DNA of 64,000 nt, taken from Hadesarchaea archaeon. GTDB taxonomy: Archaea; Hadarchaeota; Hadarchaeia; Hadarchaeales; Hadarchaeaceae. The stretch spans positions 3,363-67,362 of the forward strand of contig JAUXAS010000002.1 of the NCBI GenBank assembly GCA_030619825.1, read 5' to 3'. The notes beneath the pieces are model-generated. The model made no database searches. It was not told the origin of the DNA and was given only the letters and a program-made list of their open reading frames with translations. Positions 1-9,532 of this stretch are shown here, in pieces. The position numbers were made by a program, and so were the translations under genes. How positions within the stretch are numbered: position 1 is the stretch's first letter; each line of letters starts with the position of its first letter.

Positions 1-1
1 G

Positions 2-199
2 ACTTGGCTCGGCACTGCCCTGATCCTCGTGGGCGTTGCCTTCGTGTTGCTCCCCATCCTAGGGAAGGTGATTGACTTATCGCGCATCCCCTCGTGGCTC
101 ATCTTCATCTATCGAAGCAATGGTTTCTACTTCGTGACTTCCCCCTTACTAATCGGCCTCTCTGCCCTCTCAGTCATCCTTTATTTTCTAATGAAGTGA
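2..199 (+). CDS. 3' end of a membrane protein gene truncated by the window edge
   Basis: Frame is open from the window start to TGA 197-199. Translation TWLGTALILVGVAFVLLPILG...LLIGLSALSVILYFLMK is two hydrophobic helices. No family assignable. Confidence 0.4.
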   Translation, partial: TWLGTALILVGVAFVLLPILGKVIDLSRIPSWLIFIYRSNGFYFVTSPLLIGLSALSVILYFLMK

Positions 200-243
200 C
201 CCGCGATTTAGACGTGACGAAGATATCCTCGGCCTAGGCTTGA

Positions 244-585
244 CTAACCGCCTTTGAGCTTTAGGATCGCCCGCGCCAGGTCGCCGCCGCTCTCCTTAAG
301 GGCTTGGATTGCCGCGGCTCGATCGACCCCTGCCTGCTCCATTACCAGCTTTAGGTCATCCTCGTTCAGCTCAGATTCCGGCTTCCGCTCGAACTCTTGC
401 CCGCTCACTTGATAGCTTCGCTGACCCGCCATATCTGTGCGCGTAACCTGGGCGTTCGGAATCACAATATCCTTATCAGCAAGCTTGATCACGACCTCTC
501 GGACGCTCTCAAGCTCCTCCATCTTAACTCCCATCTGCCGCATCGCCCGCTCCATCTGGCGCCGATCCATCCGCTTGGGTAACAT
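244..585 (-). CDS. nac: Nascent polypeptide-associated complex protein (archaeal NAC, NAC + UBA domains)
   Basis: 113 aa. MERAMRQMGVKMEELE...VIKL.DKDIVI..AQV matches the NAC domain. C-terminal VMEQAGVDRAAAIQALKESGGDLARAI is UBA-like. Confidence 0.85.
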   Translation of the reverse strand: MLPKRMDRRQMERAMRQMGVKMEELESVREVVIKLADKDIVIPNAQVTRTDMAGQRSYQVSGQEFERKPESELNEDDLKLVMEQAGVDRAAAIQALKESGGDLARAILKLKGG

Positions 586-1044
586 TCATTCGCCTCCGAA
601 ACCCCGCCTGACTGCCACAGCTTTTCCGATTTTAAACGCTATCATTTCCTCACCCGTCAATAAGGCTTTGCCGCTCGCTAACAGGCGGTCGCGCGAGTCC
701 ACGACAAGCACCTCCTCGGCCGGTCTTATCTCCGGGTCCGCCGCCGCGACGTGCTTCGCAAACACCGTCTTACCCTGCGCCACGAATGGTGCTGCATCGT
801 CGCTCACCGTTACGCGCAGGCGGGGGGGCTTGAGCGCTTGGTGTACGAGTTTGGCCCCCTTTCGATTGAGCACGATGAAGCCATCAGAAGCGCGGATTGC
901 GCACAATGGTTCTCCTTCAAACCAAACTTGGCGAATTCGCCCCCTGCTCTTCACCACTTGAATACCGTCGGGGAAAAGCGCGCGCCCAACCCCACGATCA
1001 AATAAGTAGTCTGCTGCTGCACGTAATTTGAATGACTCCTTCAT
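586..1044 (-). CDS. PUA domain-containing RNA-binding protein
   Basis: C-terminal half VTVSDDAAPFVAQGKTVFAKHV...VLVVDSRDRLLASGKALLTGEEM...GKAVAVRRG is a typical PUA fold motif. Start placed at the internal MKESFKL. Abuts the nac start. Confidence 0.65.
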   Translation of the reverse strand: MKESFKLRAAADYLFDRGVGRALFPDGIQVVKSRGRIRQVWFEGEPLCAIRASDGFIVLNRKGAKLVHQALKPPRLRVTVSDDAAPFVAQGKTVFAKHVAAADPEIRPAEEVLVVDSRDRLLASGKALLTGEEMIAFKIGKAVAVRRGFGGE

Positions 1045-1180
1045 CGTCGGTCCCTGCAAACCATCGCCGTGCAAACTTGACGGCAACAAGTGAAAAAGTT
1101 TTGGGCAGCAGGTGTCCTAAATGAAACAGTTTAGAGATTAGCTTGCCCAATTGAAGTGTCTCAGATAGGACATCTAAAAT

Positions 1181-2041
1181 TTAAAGCGCAGACTTTCCGC
1201 ATCCAATTTTTCCTACTCTCACATCAATAACCACGTGGTCGACGCCTGGGGCATAACGCTTCACCACGCGCTTGCCCAAGATCTCGACTCCCCGCCCAGC
1301 TGCTACTCCCAAAATCCGTTTGATCGGGCGCTCGAAACGCAGCCCCGAAGGGACGCTCTCGTGGTAGTGGATGACGCCCCCGCTGGGTTTGAGCACCTCG
1401 AGCGCTAACGGCAGGTACTGGTGTGTCACGTGTAGGATGCCAAGCACCACCCGATCCGCGACACCCCGAGGAGCAACCGCGGAGCAATCACCCAACAGTG
1501 GTTTTACGACATGCCCGACCCGGTTCAACCGGATGTTCTCGCGCAGGTAACCGTAAGCGATGGGGTTCAGTTCGGTCGCATAAACCCGGCTCGGCCTCGC
1601 GTGTTTCGCGATGGGGATGCTGAACTGCCCGATACCCGCAAACAAATCGACGATGACCTCGCCGGGCTCCACGAGCTTCGGCAGTCTCGCGCGCTCGTAA
1701 AGATTTCCCGGTGAGAACATCACCCGCGCGACATCGAGCTTGAACCAACAGCCCCCCTCGCTGTGAACGGTCTCCGTCGACGGGTCGCCTGCGATGACCC
1801 TCAGCCTCGGCTCGCGGTGCCTCCCCGCAATCGCGCCCTCTCGGAGCGCGACCGTGTGGACATTTTTTAGTTCGAGCAACGCATGCGCGATGTCCGGTGT
1901 CCTGTGAATAAGCTCGGGCGGCAGGGAGACAATTACGACATGCCCCACCCGGTCAAAACCCGCGGGTAAAAGCTCAAGTTCCTCACTCGTTAATTGATTC
2001 CCGAGGGCTGCGCGCAGGTAACCCATAGAGGGCACTTTCAA
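1181..2041 (-). CDS. trm5: tRNA (guanine37-N1)-methyltransferase Trm5 / Taw22 family (Met-10+ like)
   Basis: 286 aa. KLDVARVMFSPGNLYERARL, SAM motif VIVDLFAGIGQFSIPIAK and YATELNP are characteristic of Trm5/TYW2. Confidence 0.8.
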   Translation of the reverse strand: MKVPSMGYLRAALGNQLTSEELELLPAGFDRVGHVVIVSLPPELIHRTPDIAHALLELKNVHTVALREGAIAGRHREPRLRVIAGDPSTETVHSEGGCWFKLDVARVMFSPGNLYERARLPKLVEPGEVIVDLFAGIGQFSIPIAKHARPSRVYATELNPIAYGYLRENIRLNRVGHVVKPLLGDCSAVAPRGVADRVVLGILHVTHQYLPLALEVLKPSGGVIHYHESVPSGLRFERPIKRILGVAAGRGVEILGKRVVKRYAPGVDHVVIDVRVGKIGCGKSAL

Positions 2042-3477
2042 TGCTTGGCTCGTTTTCGTCTGGCCCTAGGCTTGACTACACCTATCACTTCCAAAAACCT
2101 TCGTCCAACCTTGCGGTCGATTTCAGCCTTAAGGGCCCTTTTTGAAACCCTACCGAAAGCCCTTAGCAGAATTGTCGCTCCCGCCATCCGCGCATGTCCA
2201 CCCGCCGTGCCAATCGGGAGGAATGCCTGTTTGAGCACTTGTCCCAAGTACAGCGACACATCGTTTGTCCGAGCCGAAGCGTAGACAGCATCACCGCAAA
2301 TTCCGTAGACGAACGCGGTCATCACCCCCTCACGCTTCAGTAGAAAGTCCGCGGTCAGAGCAATTAGGTCGCGGTCCTTGACTTCACCCACGTAGGTTAT
2401 TAGGTATCCTCCCTTGAGTTTGCTCCCCTTGATGGCTCGCGCGAGCACGTCGAGGGCCTCGGGGGAAACCGCGGGAGACTGGATTCTCCCAACCAGATCG
2501 AGATCAGCCAGCTTCATGAGGTGCTCGAACGCGTCGAAGTCGGTGGGAGTTGCCCCTCGCGTGAAGTTCTGGGTGTCGGTGAGAATCCCGATCACGAGCG
2601 CAGCTGCAGTTGCCCTATCGACCTCGACCATGGCGTACCTAAGATAATTCGTTAAAAGAGTCGATGCAGATCCCACCTTCGTGATATCCTGATACCTTGC
2701 TCCTACTTCGCTGGAGGGCACGGTGTGATGATCAATCACTATCGTAGGCAGAATTTCCTTTGGTAGGGCGCAGTTGGCGTGGGTCGCAACATCAACAAGC
2801 GCGAAAGCCCTATATCTGTTGAAATTGACATACTTTGCTCGTTTAAGGTCTAACTCAAGCAAGTTGACGAGGGCTCGGTTTTGCGGGTGCCCGATGTCCC
2901 CATCATAGATGATGTCGGCGTCAATCCCGAACGCCTTTGCGTAACGTTTCAGCGCCACACCGCTCGCGATCCCGTCTGGGTCGGGGTTCGTTTGGAGCAC
3001 AATCGCCATTCGCCCTCCGCTGTATTCTTGGAGCAGCGCGCGCAGGCGCTTCTCCTTAGCCATTCCCTTCAGCTCCTCAAACCTACTGAGAGCGAAGTTC
3101 GCGAGAATCTGGGATGATGGTATGGCATCGCTGGCGCCGAGTCGCTTCGCCTCCACCGTCTCCGCCTCGTCCAGAACTCGAGTGACGACTACGGGGTCTA
3201 TCTTCAGCTCCGTCCTCAAGCGATTGATCGTCCCCAGCGCCTGCTCGGTAGCGCGGAAATCTGGAACCATGAGAAGTACGACCTCCGCTCGCGAGATTCC
3301 GGCGTCTTTGAGCACCTTGGACAGACAAAAGTCGCCCATGAAAGTGCTAAAGCCCATCTTTGTGAGCGGTTCGATTTTTTTATCGTCCTTATCGACCACC
3401 ACTAGCTCCACGCCACGCTCCTTGAGCCTGCTCGCCACCGAAAACCCGACATCACCGCAGCCGAGCACGAGGTACAT
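2038..3477 (-). CDS. TrkA-N (NAD-binding) domain fused to a DHH/DHHA1 phosphoesterase
   Basis: N-terminus MYLVLGCGDVGFSVASRL is a Rossmann GxGxxG motif. DPDGIASG, VIDHH and GGHARMAG are DHH/DHHA1 motifs. Start chosen at the MYLVLG methionine. Confidence 0.8.
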   Translation of the reverse strand: MYLVLGCGDVGFSVASRLKERGVELVVVDKDDKKIEPLTKMGFSTFMGDFCLSKVLKDAGISRAEVVLLMVPDFRATEQALGTINRLRTELKIDPVVVTRVLDEAETVEAKRLGASDAIPSSQILANFALSRFEELKGMAKEKRLRALLQEYSGGRMAIVLQTNPDPDGIASGVALKRYAKAFGIDADIIYDGDIGHPQNRALVNLLELDLKRAKYVNFNRYRAFALVDVATHANCALPKEILPTIVIDHHTVPSSEVGARYQDITKVGSASTLLTNYLRYAMVEVDRATAAALVIGILTDTQNFTRGATPTDFDAFEHLMKLADLDLVGRIQSPAVSPEALDVLARAIKGSKLKGGYLITYVGEVKDRDLIALTADFLLKREGVMTAFVYGICGDAVYASARTNDVSLYLGQVLKQAFLPIGTAGGHARMAGATILLRAFGRVSKRALKAEIDRKVGRRFLEVIGVVKPRARRKRAKH

Positions 3478-3534
3478 TCGTTCACCGCGCATACTTATTG
3501 GGACCGCATATATATTGGCTCACTGGTGAACCGG

Positions 3535-3843
3535 ATGAAACAATTCGTGGTGGCCGAGCTCTCGGTGGTGCCGATCGGGACTTCAGGCACGGGTTTGAGC
3601 GATTACATCGCGGCTGCCCTACGCGAGGTCAAGAAGGCTGGAGTGAAGTACCAACTCTGCCCTACGAGCACGGTCTTTGAGGCCGACCTAGAGACCGTAC
3701 TGGAGGTCGCGAAAGCCGCCCACCGGGCCGTCATCGGCGCTGGCGCCAAGCGCGTGATCACGACGCTCCGCATAGATGAGCGTTTGGACCAGCCCAGAAC
3801 GATAGAGGAGCGCGTCGAGCGGGTGGCGGCCAAGGCCAAGTAA
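3535..3843 (+). CDS. MTH1187/YkoF-like thiamine-binding protein (DUF77)
   Basis: About 100 aa. VAELSVVPIGTSGTGLSDYIAAA...YQLCPTSTVFE...RVITTLRIDER fits the MTH1187 family pattern. Confidence 0.7.
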   Translation: MKQFVVAELSVVPIGTSGTGLSDYIAAALREVKKAGVKYQLCPTSTVFEADLETVLEVAKAAHRAVIGAGAKRVITTLRIDERLDQPRTIEERVERVAAKAK

Positions 3844-3931
3844 ACGGAAGAGAACCTCGCCTAGCCGAGCTTGAACGATATCTTTATAAGGCAGTTTTAC
3901 CCCTAAAAATTCAATCCCGTTGGTGATGCTC

Positions 3932-4186
3932 ATGGAATTTTGCCCAAAATGTGGCAGCATGCTTATCCCCACGAAGGTCCGGCGCTCGAAGCAACTGACC
4001 TGCCCGCGCTGCGGCTATAAAAGCAAGATAAAGAAGCGTGCGGCCTACAAGATCAGCGAGAAGGGGAAGGATGCAAAGGAGATCCCCGTCATCGTCGAGA
4101 AGAAGAAAAAGAAGAAAAAGCCCGCCGAACGGGAGTTCGAGCTGGAAACCCCCGAGTACTCCGAAGAGGTTTACGAGGGGGAATAG
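3932..4186 (+). CDS. Zinc-ribbon protein resembling the N-terminal ribbon of TFS/RpoM, with a Lys-rich and acidic tail
   Basis: MEFCPKCGSMLIP...LTCPRCGY is a C4 ribbon, followed by KKKKKKK and the acidic tail ETPEYSEEVYEGE. There is no second (catalytic) ribbon. Confidence 0.55.
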   Translation: MEFCPKCGSMLIPTKVRRSKQLTCPRCGYKSKIKKRAAYKISEKGKDAKEIPVIVEKKKKKKKPAEREFELETPEYSEEVYEGE

Positions 4187-4984
4187 CTAAGCCCTTACCG
4201 CTGCCCCCTCAAGTGCATGAGCACACGTGCACGAACGTTTTTTTGACATCCTCGGGATCGCCTTGAACAACAACTTTTGAACTCGACCGATGTTCTCCTT
4301 CATCAGCTCGGCAACTTCCGTGTGGGTAAGCTTCGCTTTCGAGATGCCTGCCGCGAAGTTCGTCACGACCGCAACCGCCGCATAGCATATCTCGAGCTCC
4401 CGGGTCAGCACGCACTCAGGCACATTCGTCATCCCCACGAGGTCGCAGCCCAACCGACGCAACGCTCTGACCTCAGCAGCCGTCTCGAAGCGCGGGCCCT
4501 CGGTGCACCCATAAGTCGCGCGGGGGTGGAGCTTGAGCTTGAGACCCCTGGCCGACTCAAGTAGGACATCTCGCAGCTCAGGACAATAAGGCTCGGTTAC
4601 ATCGACATGCACGACGCCTCCTTCGCCTCCCTCGTAAAAGGTCTGGGGACGCCGTTTTGTGAAGTCGATGAACTGGTAAATGAGCGCGAGTTCACCTGGC
4701 CGCATTCGGGGATTGAGCGAGCCACAAGCGGTCGTCGCGAGCACCCGCTTTACCCTCAGCTCGCTGAGCGCCCGAATGTTCGCGCGATAATTGACGAGGT
4801 GGGGTGGCACGGTGTGCCCCTTGCCGTGGCGGGGTAAAAACGCGACTCGGCGCCCACCCAGCCTGCCGATGGTGATCTCGGGCGAGTTGCCATATGGTGT
4901 GCTAACGACGGTAGTGCTCGCCCCCTTAAGAGCCTCTACCGAATAAACACCGGAGCCGCCAATTATCGCGATCTCCGCCCTCAT
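4187..4984 (-). CDS. mtnP: S-methyl-5'-thioadenosine phosphorylase
   Basis: IAIIGGSGVY, FLPRHGKGHTVPPHLVNYRANI, GCDLVGMTNVPE are MTAP/PNP-family motifs. Confidence 0.9.
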   Translation of the reverse strand: MRAEIAIIGGSGVYSVEALKGASTTVVSTPYGNSPEITIGRLGGRRVAFLPRHGKGHTVPPHLVNYRANIRALSELRVKRVLATTACGSLNPRMRPGELALIYQFIDFTKRRPQTFYEGGEGGVVHVDVTEPYCPELRDVLLESARGLKLKLHPRATYGCTEGPRFETAAEVRALRRLGCDLVGMTNVPECVLTRELEICYAAVAVVTNFAAGISKAKLTHTEVAELMKENIGRVQKLLFKAIPRMSKKRSCTCAHALEGAAVRA

Positions 4985-5805
4985 TTTCCAAACCTTCGCT
5001 CTCGCCCCTGGTAGGTGCGGATAGCGCGCAGGAATTCGATCTTGTTGAACTCTGGCCAGTTCGCCTCGCAGAAGTATAACTCGCTGTAAGCAGACTGCCA
5101 GAGCAGGAAACCGCTCAGCCGCTCCTCCCCGCTGGTGCGGATGATCAAGTCAGGGTCGGGCAGGCCAGCGGTGTAGAGATGGCTATTTATAATGCTTTCG
5201 TCGACATCGCTCGGCTTGAGCTCGCCCCGCTCGATGCGCTCGCATATTCGCCGGACCGCCTCGGCGAGCTCGGCCCTGCCGCCGTAGCCAACAGCGATGT
5301 TTAGGGTGTATCCATCGTAGCCCTGAGTTGCCTCTTGCGCTTCCTCGATCGCTCCCCTTACCTGCTTGGGTAAACAACTCAGATCGCCTATCGCACGGAC
5401 GCGTATTTTGTATTTATGAATGCGCTCGTCCTTCACCACCTTTTTGAACCTCTCGACAAACAGATCCATGAGCACTTTTAACTCCTCGCTGGAGCGGTTG
5501 AAGTTCTCGGTTGAAAAAGCGTAAATCGTGATGTGCTTGATGCCGAGTCCCTGACACCACCCCAGCACTTCCTCGAGCTTCTTCGCCCCAAGCGAGTGCC
5601 CCTGCAGCTTATCCAGCCCCGCCTTCTGCGCGAAGCGGCGGTTGCCGTCCAGAATTATCGCCACGTGCCGCGGGATGTTCCCCCGCCGCATTACCTCCTC
5701 CAACAACTGCTGCTCGTAGTACTTCGCCGCCATTGCCTGCAGTCTAGCCACGCCAGGTAATTTTGCTATCGGGAGCTTTTCGATAACCAAGCAATCCCGA
5801 AACAA
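4981..5805 (-). CDS. uppS: Undecaprenyl (tritrans,polycis) diphosphate synthase, archaeal cis-prenyltransferase
   Basis: PRHVAIILDGNRRFA, ITIYAFSTENFNR and IIRTSGEERLSGFLLWQSAYSELYF are conserved blocks. The true start may be the internal MAAKYY (5733). Confidence 0.9.
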   Translation of the reverse strand: MFRDCLVIEKLPIAKLPGVARLQAMAAKYYEQQLLEEVMRRGNIPRHVAIILDGNRRFAQKAGLDKLQGHSLGAKKLEEVLGWCQGLGIKHITIYAFSTENFNRSSEELKVLMDLFVERFKKVVKDERIHKYKIRVRAIGDLSCLPKQVRGAIEEAQEATQGYDGYTLNIAVGYGGRAELAEAVRRICERIERGELKPSDVDESIINSHLYTAGLPDPDLIIRTSGEERLSGFLLWQSAYSELYFCEANWPEFNKIEFLRAIRTYQGRERRFGK

Positions 5806-5996
5806 CTTCTCTGTGCGGCTTTAAACTTTTAGGGCTCCGCCTGAACGGCTTAATTTTTTGGCCAACGCTTTTTTTACCTAAATTTCCTGATTTTTTTCTA
5901 AATTTCTATAAAATACGTCGAAAAACTCAAAAACGAAAAATTTTTAACGATGAATGATGAAAATAAAACAATTTTTGGAGGCTGATAGGGGAGGGG

Positions 5997-8312
5997 GTGA
6001 ATAATCCTCCTAGGGTAGAAAACGTGGTGTACGTAAACAAAATCGAGCTCCGGGGCTTCAAGTCATTTGGAAATTCTAAGGTAAGCATCCCCCTCTCGAG
6101 GGGTTTGACGGCCATCGTCGGGCCAAACGGTTCAGGTAAGAGCAACGTCGTCGATGGGCTCTGCTTCGTGCTGGGCAGGATGAGCGCAAAGCTCATGCGC
6201 GCCGAGCGATTCTCTGATCTCCTTTTTAACGGGGGCAACGGCCAGCGCCCGGCTCCTTTCGCCGAGGTCTCGCTCCATTTCAATAATGAGGACAGCACGC
6301 TGCCCATTAATTCGACTACGGTAGTGATATCTCGAAAGGTGGACCGAAGCGGCAAATGCGTGTACCGGATAAACAGAAAGCGCTCCTCGCGACAGGAAAT
6401 CGTTGACCTGCTCTCGAATAGCCTGTCCAGCCCCGGGGGGTACAACTTCATCATGCAGGGAGACGTCGACCGCTTGATAAAAATCGACTCATTCGACCGC
6501 CGTATAATCATCGATGACTTAGCGGGGGTCGCGGAGTACGATGAAAAGAAGCAGCGATCGCTTTCGGAACTCCAGCGCGTCGAAACCAACCTCAACTCGA
6601 TGAACGCTATCCTCGGAGAGATTTCGGCACAGATGGAAAAGCTCCGATCCGAAAGAGAGGGCGCCATTCGCTACAAGGAGCTAAAGCAGGAGTTCGGTCA
6701 AATTCGAGCCGCGCTCCTCAGCGTTCGGCGTGTCGCCTGCCGTAGAAAACTTTCCCAACTGCAACAGAGGATAAAAACGAAGGAGGAGACGCTGCAAGAG
6801 CTGCGCGGCAAACGTCGGGGAATTTTGGAGGAAGCTGGGGGCTATGATAGAGAAGTCGAGCGTCTGGAAAAACTTATAGAGGAGAAGCAGATTACAGACG
6901 CGTTTGCGGATGCGGGAAAAATACGCGAACGTCTCAAACTGCTCAACGAAATGCTTAACTCGACAGCAGGGGAGCGCACGAGAATAGAGGGTGAAATTGC
7001 CGACCTTATCACTCGCATCAAAAAAATTGCCCCCCATGAGAAGCGAGATATCTCACCCGAAAAAATAGCCTCGCTTTCTTCAAAGTTCGAAAATCTTTGC
7101 GTGAGGTTTAACACGCTGACTCAAACCCTCGATTCAAGCAAATCGCGCGCTGAAACTGAAAAAGCGCTTCAGGAGCTCCGCGAGGTTCTTGATGACCTAC
7201 GTTCCGTCCTAGGTGACTTTTCCAGATATTTCGGGCAAATCTCAGAGCTTCTCGAGGGCGCAACATCGCTCGGGAAGTCAAACGAGTCTGAAACGGGGGC
7301 CCAACTTCGGCGCCGCCTAATAAGCTTGGAAGCTGTGCACTCCCAGCTGGACGATAGGCTGAAACAACTACAACAACAGACCCAAGAAGCCCAGACTGAG
7401 CTCGGGAGAGCCACCGCGCTGGAAGAGGAGGAACGGTCTTCGATCGGGGCTCTTCGCGGGGAAAGGGAAAAACTTCGAAGCAGGACCGGAAGCCTCAAGG
7501 AGAAAGCAGGTCGTCTAGAGAATACGATAGGGCAACTCGGCGATGAATTACAGGCATGCAGGGTCGAGGAGGCCTCGCTGCGGCCCCAACTCGAAACCAT
7601 TGAAGGGGAGCTAAAGCAAGTCAAGATAGGGGTTGAAATCGTCCATGATGTCGACCAGACCAAGCTCGAACGAAGAGTTGAAACTTTAGAAGCAGAGCTC
7701 GAGGCGCTCGGTCCCGTGAACTTCCGGGCTATCCAAGATTTTAGAGATGCTGAACGCCGTTATAACTCCGAAAAATTAAAGCACGACAAGCTGGTCGCGG
7801 AGAAGCAGGCCCTCCTTGATTTCATGCGGGAGATAGATGAGAAGAAAAAAGAAGTGTTCATGCAAACTTTCAACGAGCTCTCACAACACTTCAGCAAGAT
7901 TTTCAGCGAACTATCGCCGGGAGGCGTGGCGAGGCTGGCCCTAGAAAACGAAGAGAAACCATTCGAGGGCGGGCTCGAGATCGAGGCCAAACCAGCTGGC
8001 AAGGAGATCACTCGGGTGGGGATCCTCTCGGGCGGGGAAAAAGCACTAACCGCGCTCGCTTTTATCTTCGCCCTCCAGCGCTTCCGACCCACCACCCTCT
8101 ACGTGCTTGATGAGATCGACGCCCACCTCGACCCCCAGAACCTTCATCGTGTCGCGGAGATGATTCGCCGATCCACGCGTGAGTCGCAAGTCATCCTCGT
8201 CACGCTACACGATTCGATGATGTCTGTGGCCGACCGTTTGTTCGGCGTCACAATGGATAAGAGCGGGGTGTCCCGCCTGTTTTCAGTGGAGCTAGCGGGG
8301 CTTGCAGCGTGA
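5997..8312 (+). CDS. smc: SMC-type ABC ATPase (short form, no recognisable hinge)
   Basis: Walker A GPNGSGKSN, signature LSGGEKALTALAF and Walker B LYVLDEIDAHLD are present. The roughly 440 aa between the heads is continuous heptad-like sequence. Start is ambiguous (GTG 5997 after GGAGG, or GTG 6027). Confidence 0.85.
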   Translation: MNNPPRVENVVYVNKIELRGFKSFGNSKVSIPLSRGLTAIVGPNGSGKSNVVDGLCFVLGRMSAKLMRAERFSDLLFNGGNGQRPAPFAEVSLHFNNEDSTLPINSTTVVISRKVDRSGKCVYRINRKRSSRQEIVDLLSNSLSSPGGYNFIMQGDVDRLIKIDSFDRRIIIDDLAGVAEYDEKKQRSLSELQRVETNLNSMNAILGEISAQMEKLRSEREGAIRYKELKQEFGQIRAALLSVRRVACRRKLSQLQQRIKTKEETLQELRGKRRGILEEAGGYDREVERLEKLIEEKQITDAFADAGKIRERLKLLNEMLNSTAGERTRIEGEIADLITRIKKIAPHEKRDISPEKIASLSSKFENLCVRFNTLTQTLDSSKSRAETEKALQELREVLDDLRSVLGDFSRYFGQISELLEGATSLGKSNESETGAQLRRRLISLEAVHSQLDDRLKQLQQQTQEAQTELGRATALEEEERSSIGALRGEREKLRSRTGSLKEKAGRLENTIGQLGDELQACRVEEASLRPQLETIEGELKQVKIGVEIVHDVDQTKLERRVETLEAELEALGPVNFRAIQDFRDAERRYNSEKLKHDKLVAEKQALLDFMREIDEKKKEVFMQTFNELSQHFSKIFSELSPGGVARLALENEEKPFEGGLEIEAKPAGKEITRVGILSGGEKALTALAFIFALQRFRPTTLYVLDEIDAHLDPQNLHRVAEMIRRSTRESQVILVTLHDSMMSVADRLFGVTMDKSGVSRLFSVELAGLAA

Positions 8313-8321
8313 GGTGAAAAG

Positions 8322-8975
8322 ATGGTGACAATCGCCGATCAACCCTTCCAGATCTTGCTCGGACTGGTGCAGGAGCACAAGCTCGACCCGTGGGATGTCG
8401 ACATTGAGAAGCTCGCCGGTGTTTACTTGCAGCGCGTGCAGGAGATGCAGGAGTTCGACCTTCGCGTCTCGGGACGGACGCTGCTCTCGGCTTCGGTGCT
8501 CCTGCGGATGAAATCCGATTTTGTGCTCAACGGGCGGGGAGGGTCGGCCGCAGAGGATGAGCTCGAGGAAGTGTTCGACCTCGACTTGCCGGAGCTCGGG
8601 CAAGTGACCATCGTGCAGCGCTCACCACGCAAGATCTCACTCCTCGATCTCTTAGGCTCGCTGCAGGATGCACTCAAAGATATCCCGGCGCGGAAACCCC
8701 TCCAAAGGAGGAAGCTGGAAAAAATCATGCAGACGCTCAGCGAGTATCACATAAACATCGAGCGGTACCTCGATGAGTTATATCAGCGAATAAAAAGTCT
8801 CGTCGCCTCAGGGCAGGAGGTCCCGCTCTCGGCGCTCGTCCTCGAACGGACTCGGCTCGCGGTGGCCAGGACCCTTCTCCTCCTACTGTTCCTCAGCATT
8901 CAGGGCAAGGTGGTGCTGCAACAGCCTGAACCATTCGGTGAAATATTCGCCTCCGTGCCGGCGGGGGAGGAGTAG
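8322..8975 (+). CDS. scpA: Segregation and condensation protein A (kleisin)
   Basis: LLGLVQEHKLDPWDVDIEKLAGVYL is the conserved ScpA N-terminal motif. The gene follows smc after a 9-nt gap. Confidence 0.85.
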   Translation: MVTIADQPFQILLGLVQEHKLDPWDVDIEKLAGVYLQRVQEMQEFDLRVSGRTLLSASVLLRMKSDFVLNGRGGSAAEDELEEVFDLDLPELGQVTIVQRSPRKISLLDLLGSLQDALKDIPARKPLQRRKLEKIMQTLSEYHINIERYLDELYQRIKSLVASGQEVPLSALVLERTRLAVARTLLLLLFLSIQGKVVLQQPEPFGEIFASVPAGEE

Positions 8976-8976
8976 C

Positions 8977-9486
8977 ATGGGAGCTAAGGAAGATTTATCG
9001 ATTATCGAAGCCGCCCTCTACGTGGCAGACCGCCCGTTGACTCTAGGCGAGCTGCGAGAGATTCTGGGAACATCGTCTGAGACCTATGCGCGCAAGCTCG
9101 TGGAGGAGCTCATCGCTGAGTACGGAAAGCGTGGGGGTCCGCTCGTGCTCGCTGAGACCTCGAAGGGAACCTTTTCGCTCCGCCTCCGCGAGGAGTACAT
9201 GCCTAAGCTAGAGGGGGTGGTGCCCAAAGCTAGGCTCTCGCGGGGGGCATTGAAGACCCTCGCCATGATCGCCTACAAGCAACCAGTCTATCAAGCGAGG
9301 CTCGCTGACCTCCGGGGAAGCCGAGTTTACGATCACGTTAAGCAGCTGGGGACGCTTGGCTTTATCGAATCCAAGCCCTTTGAACGTACGAGGGTGCTCC
9401 GGACCTCACGGAGGTTCGCTGGCTACTTCGGCTTCGATGACGATATGGACAAAATCCGTGAGCGAATTGAGGAACTCATGCGATAA
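8977..9486 (+). CDS. scpB: Segregation and condensation protein B
   Basis: Tandem wHTH pattern: IIEAALYVADRPLTLGELREIL and GALKTLAMIAYKQPVYQARLADLRG. ATG lies 1 nt after the scpA stop. Confidence 0.85.
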   Translation: MGAKEDLSIIEAALYVADRPLTLGELREILGTSSETYARKLVEELIAEYGKRGGPLVLAETSKGTFSLRLREEYMPKLEGVVPKARLSRGALKTLAMIAYKQPVYQARLADLRGSRVYDHVKQLGTLGFIESKPFERTRVLRTSRRFAGYFGFDDDMDKIRERIEELMR

Positions 9487-9532
9487 GGACTTTTTTATAC
9501 CTGTGCACAGAAGAGTTGCAAGCGGTGCTTAA

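Noticed and set aside
5927-6667. Long antisense or out-of-frame ORFs in the track: 437..961, 5927..6667, 7169..7663, 10411..10956, 39574..40329, 46406..47293, 47122..47787, 47794..48414, 56920..57519, 57311..58498 and 61064..61696.
   Set aside because: All lie fully inside strongly supported genes on the other strand or frame. Their compositions are Ser/Arg/Pro-rich, as is typical of shadow ORFs in GC-rich DNA.
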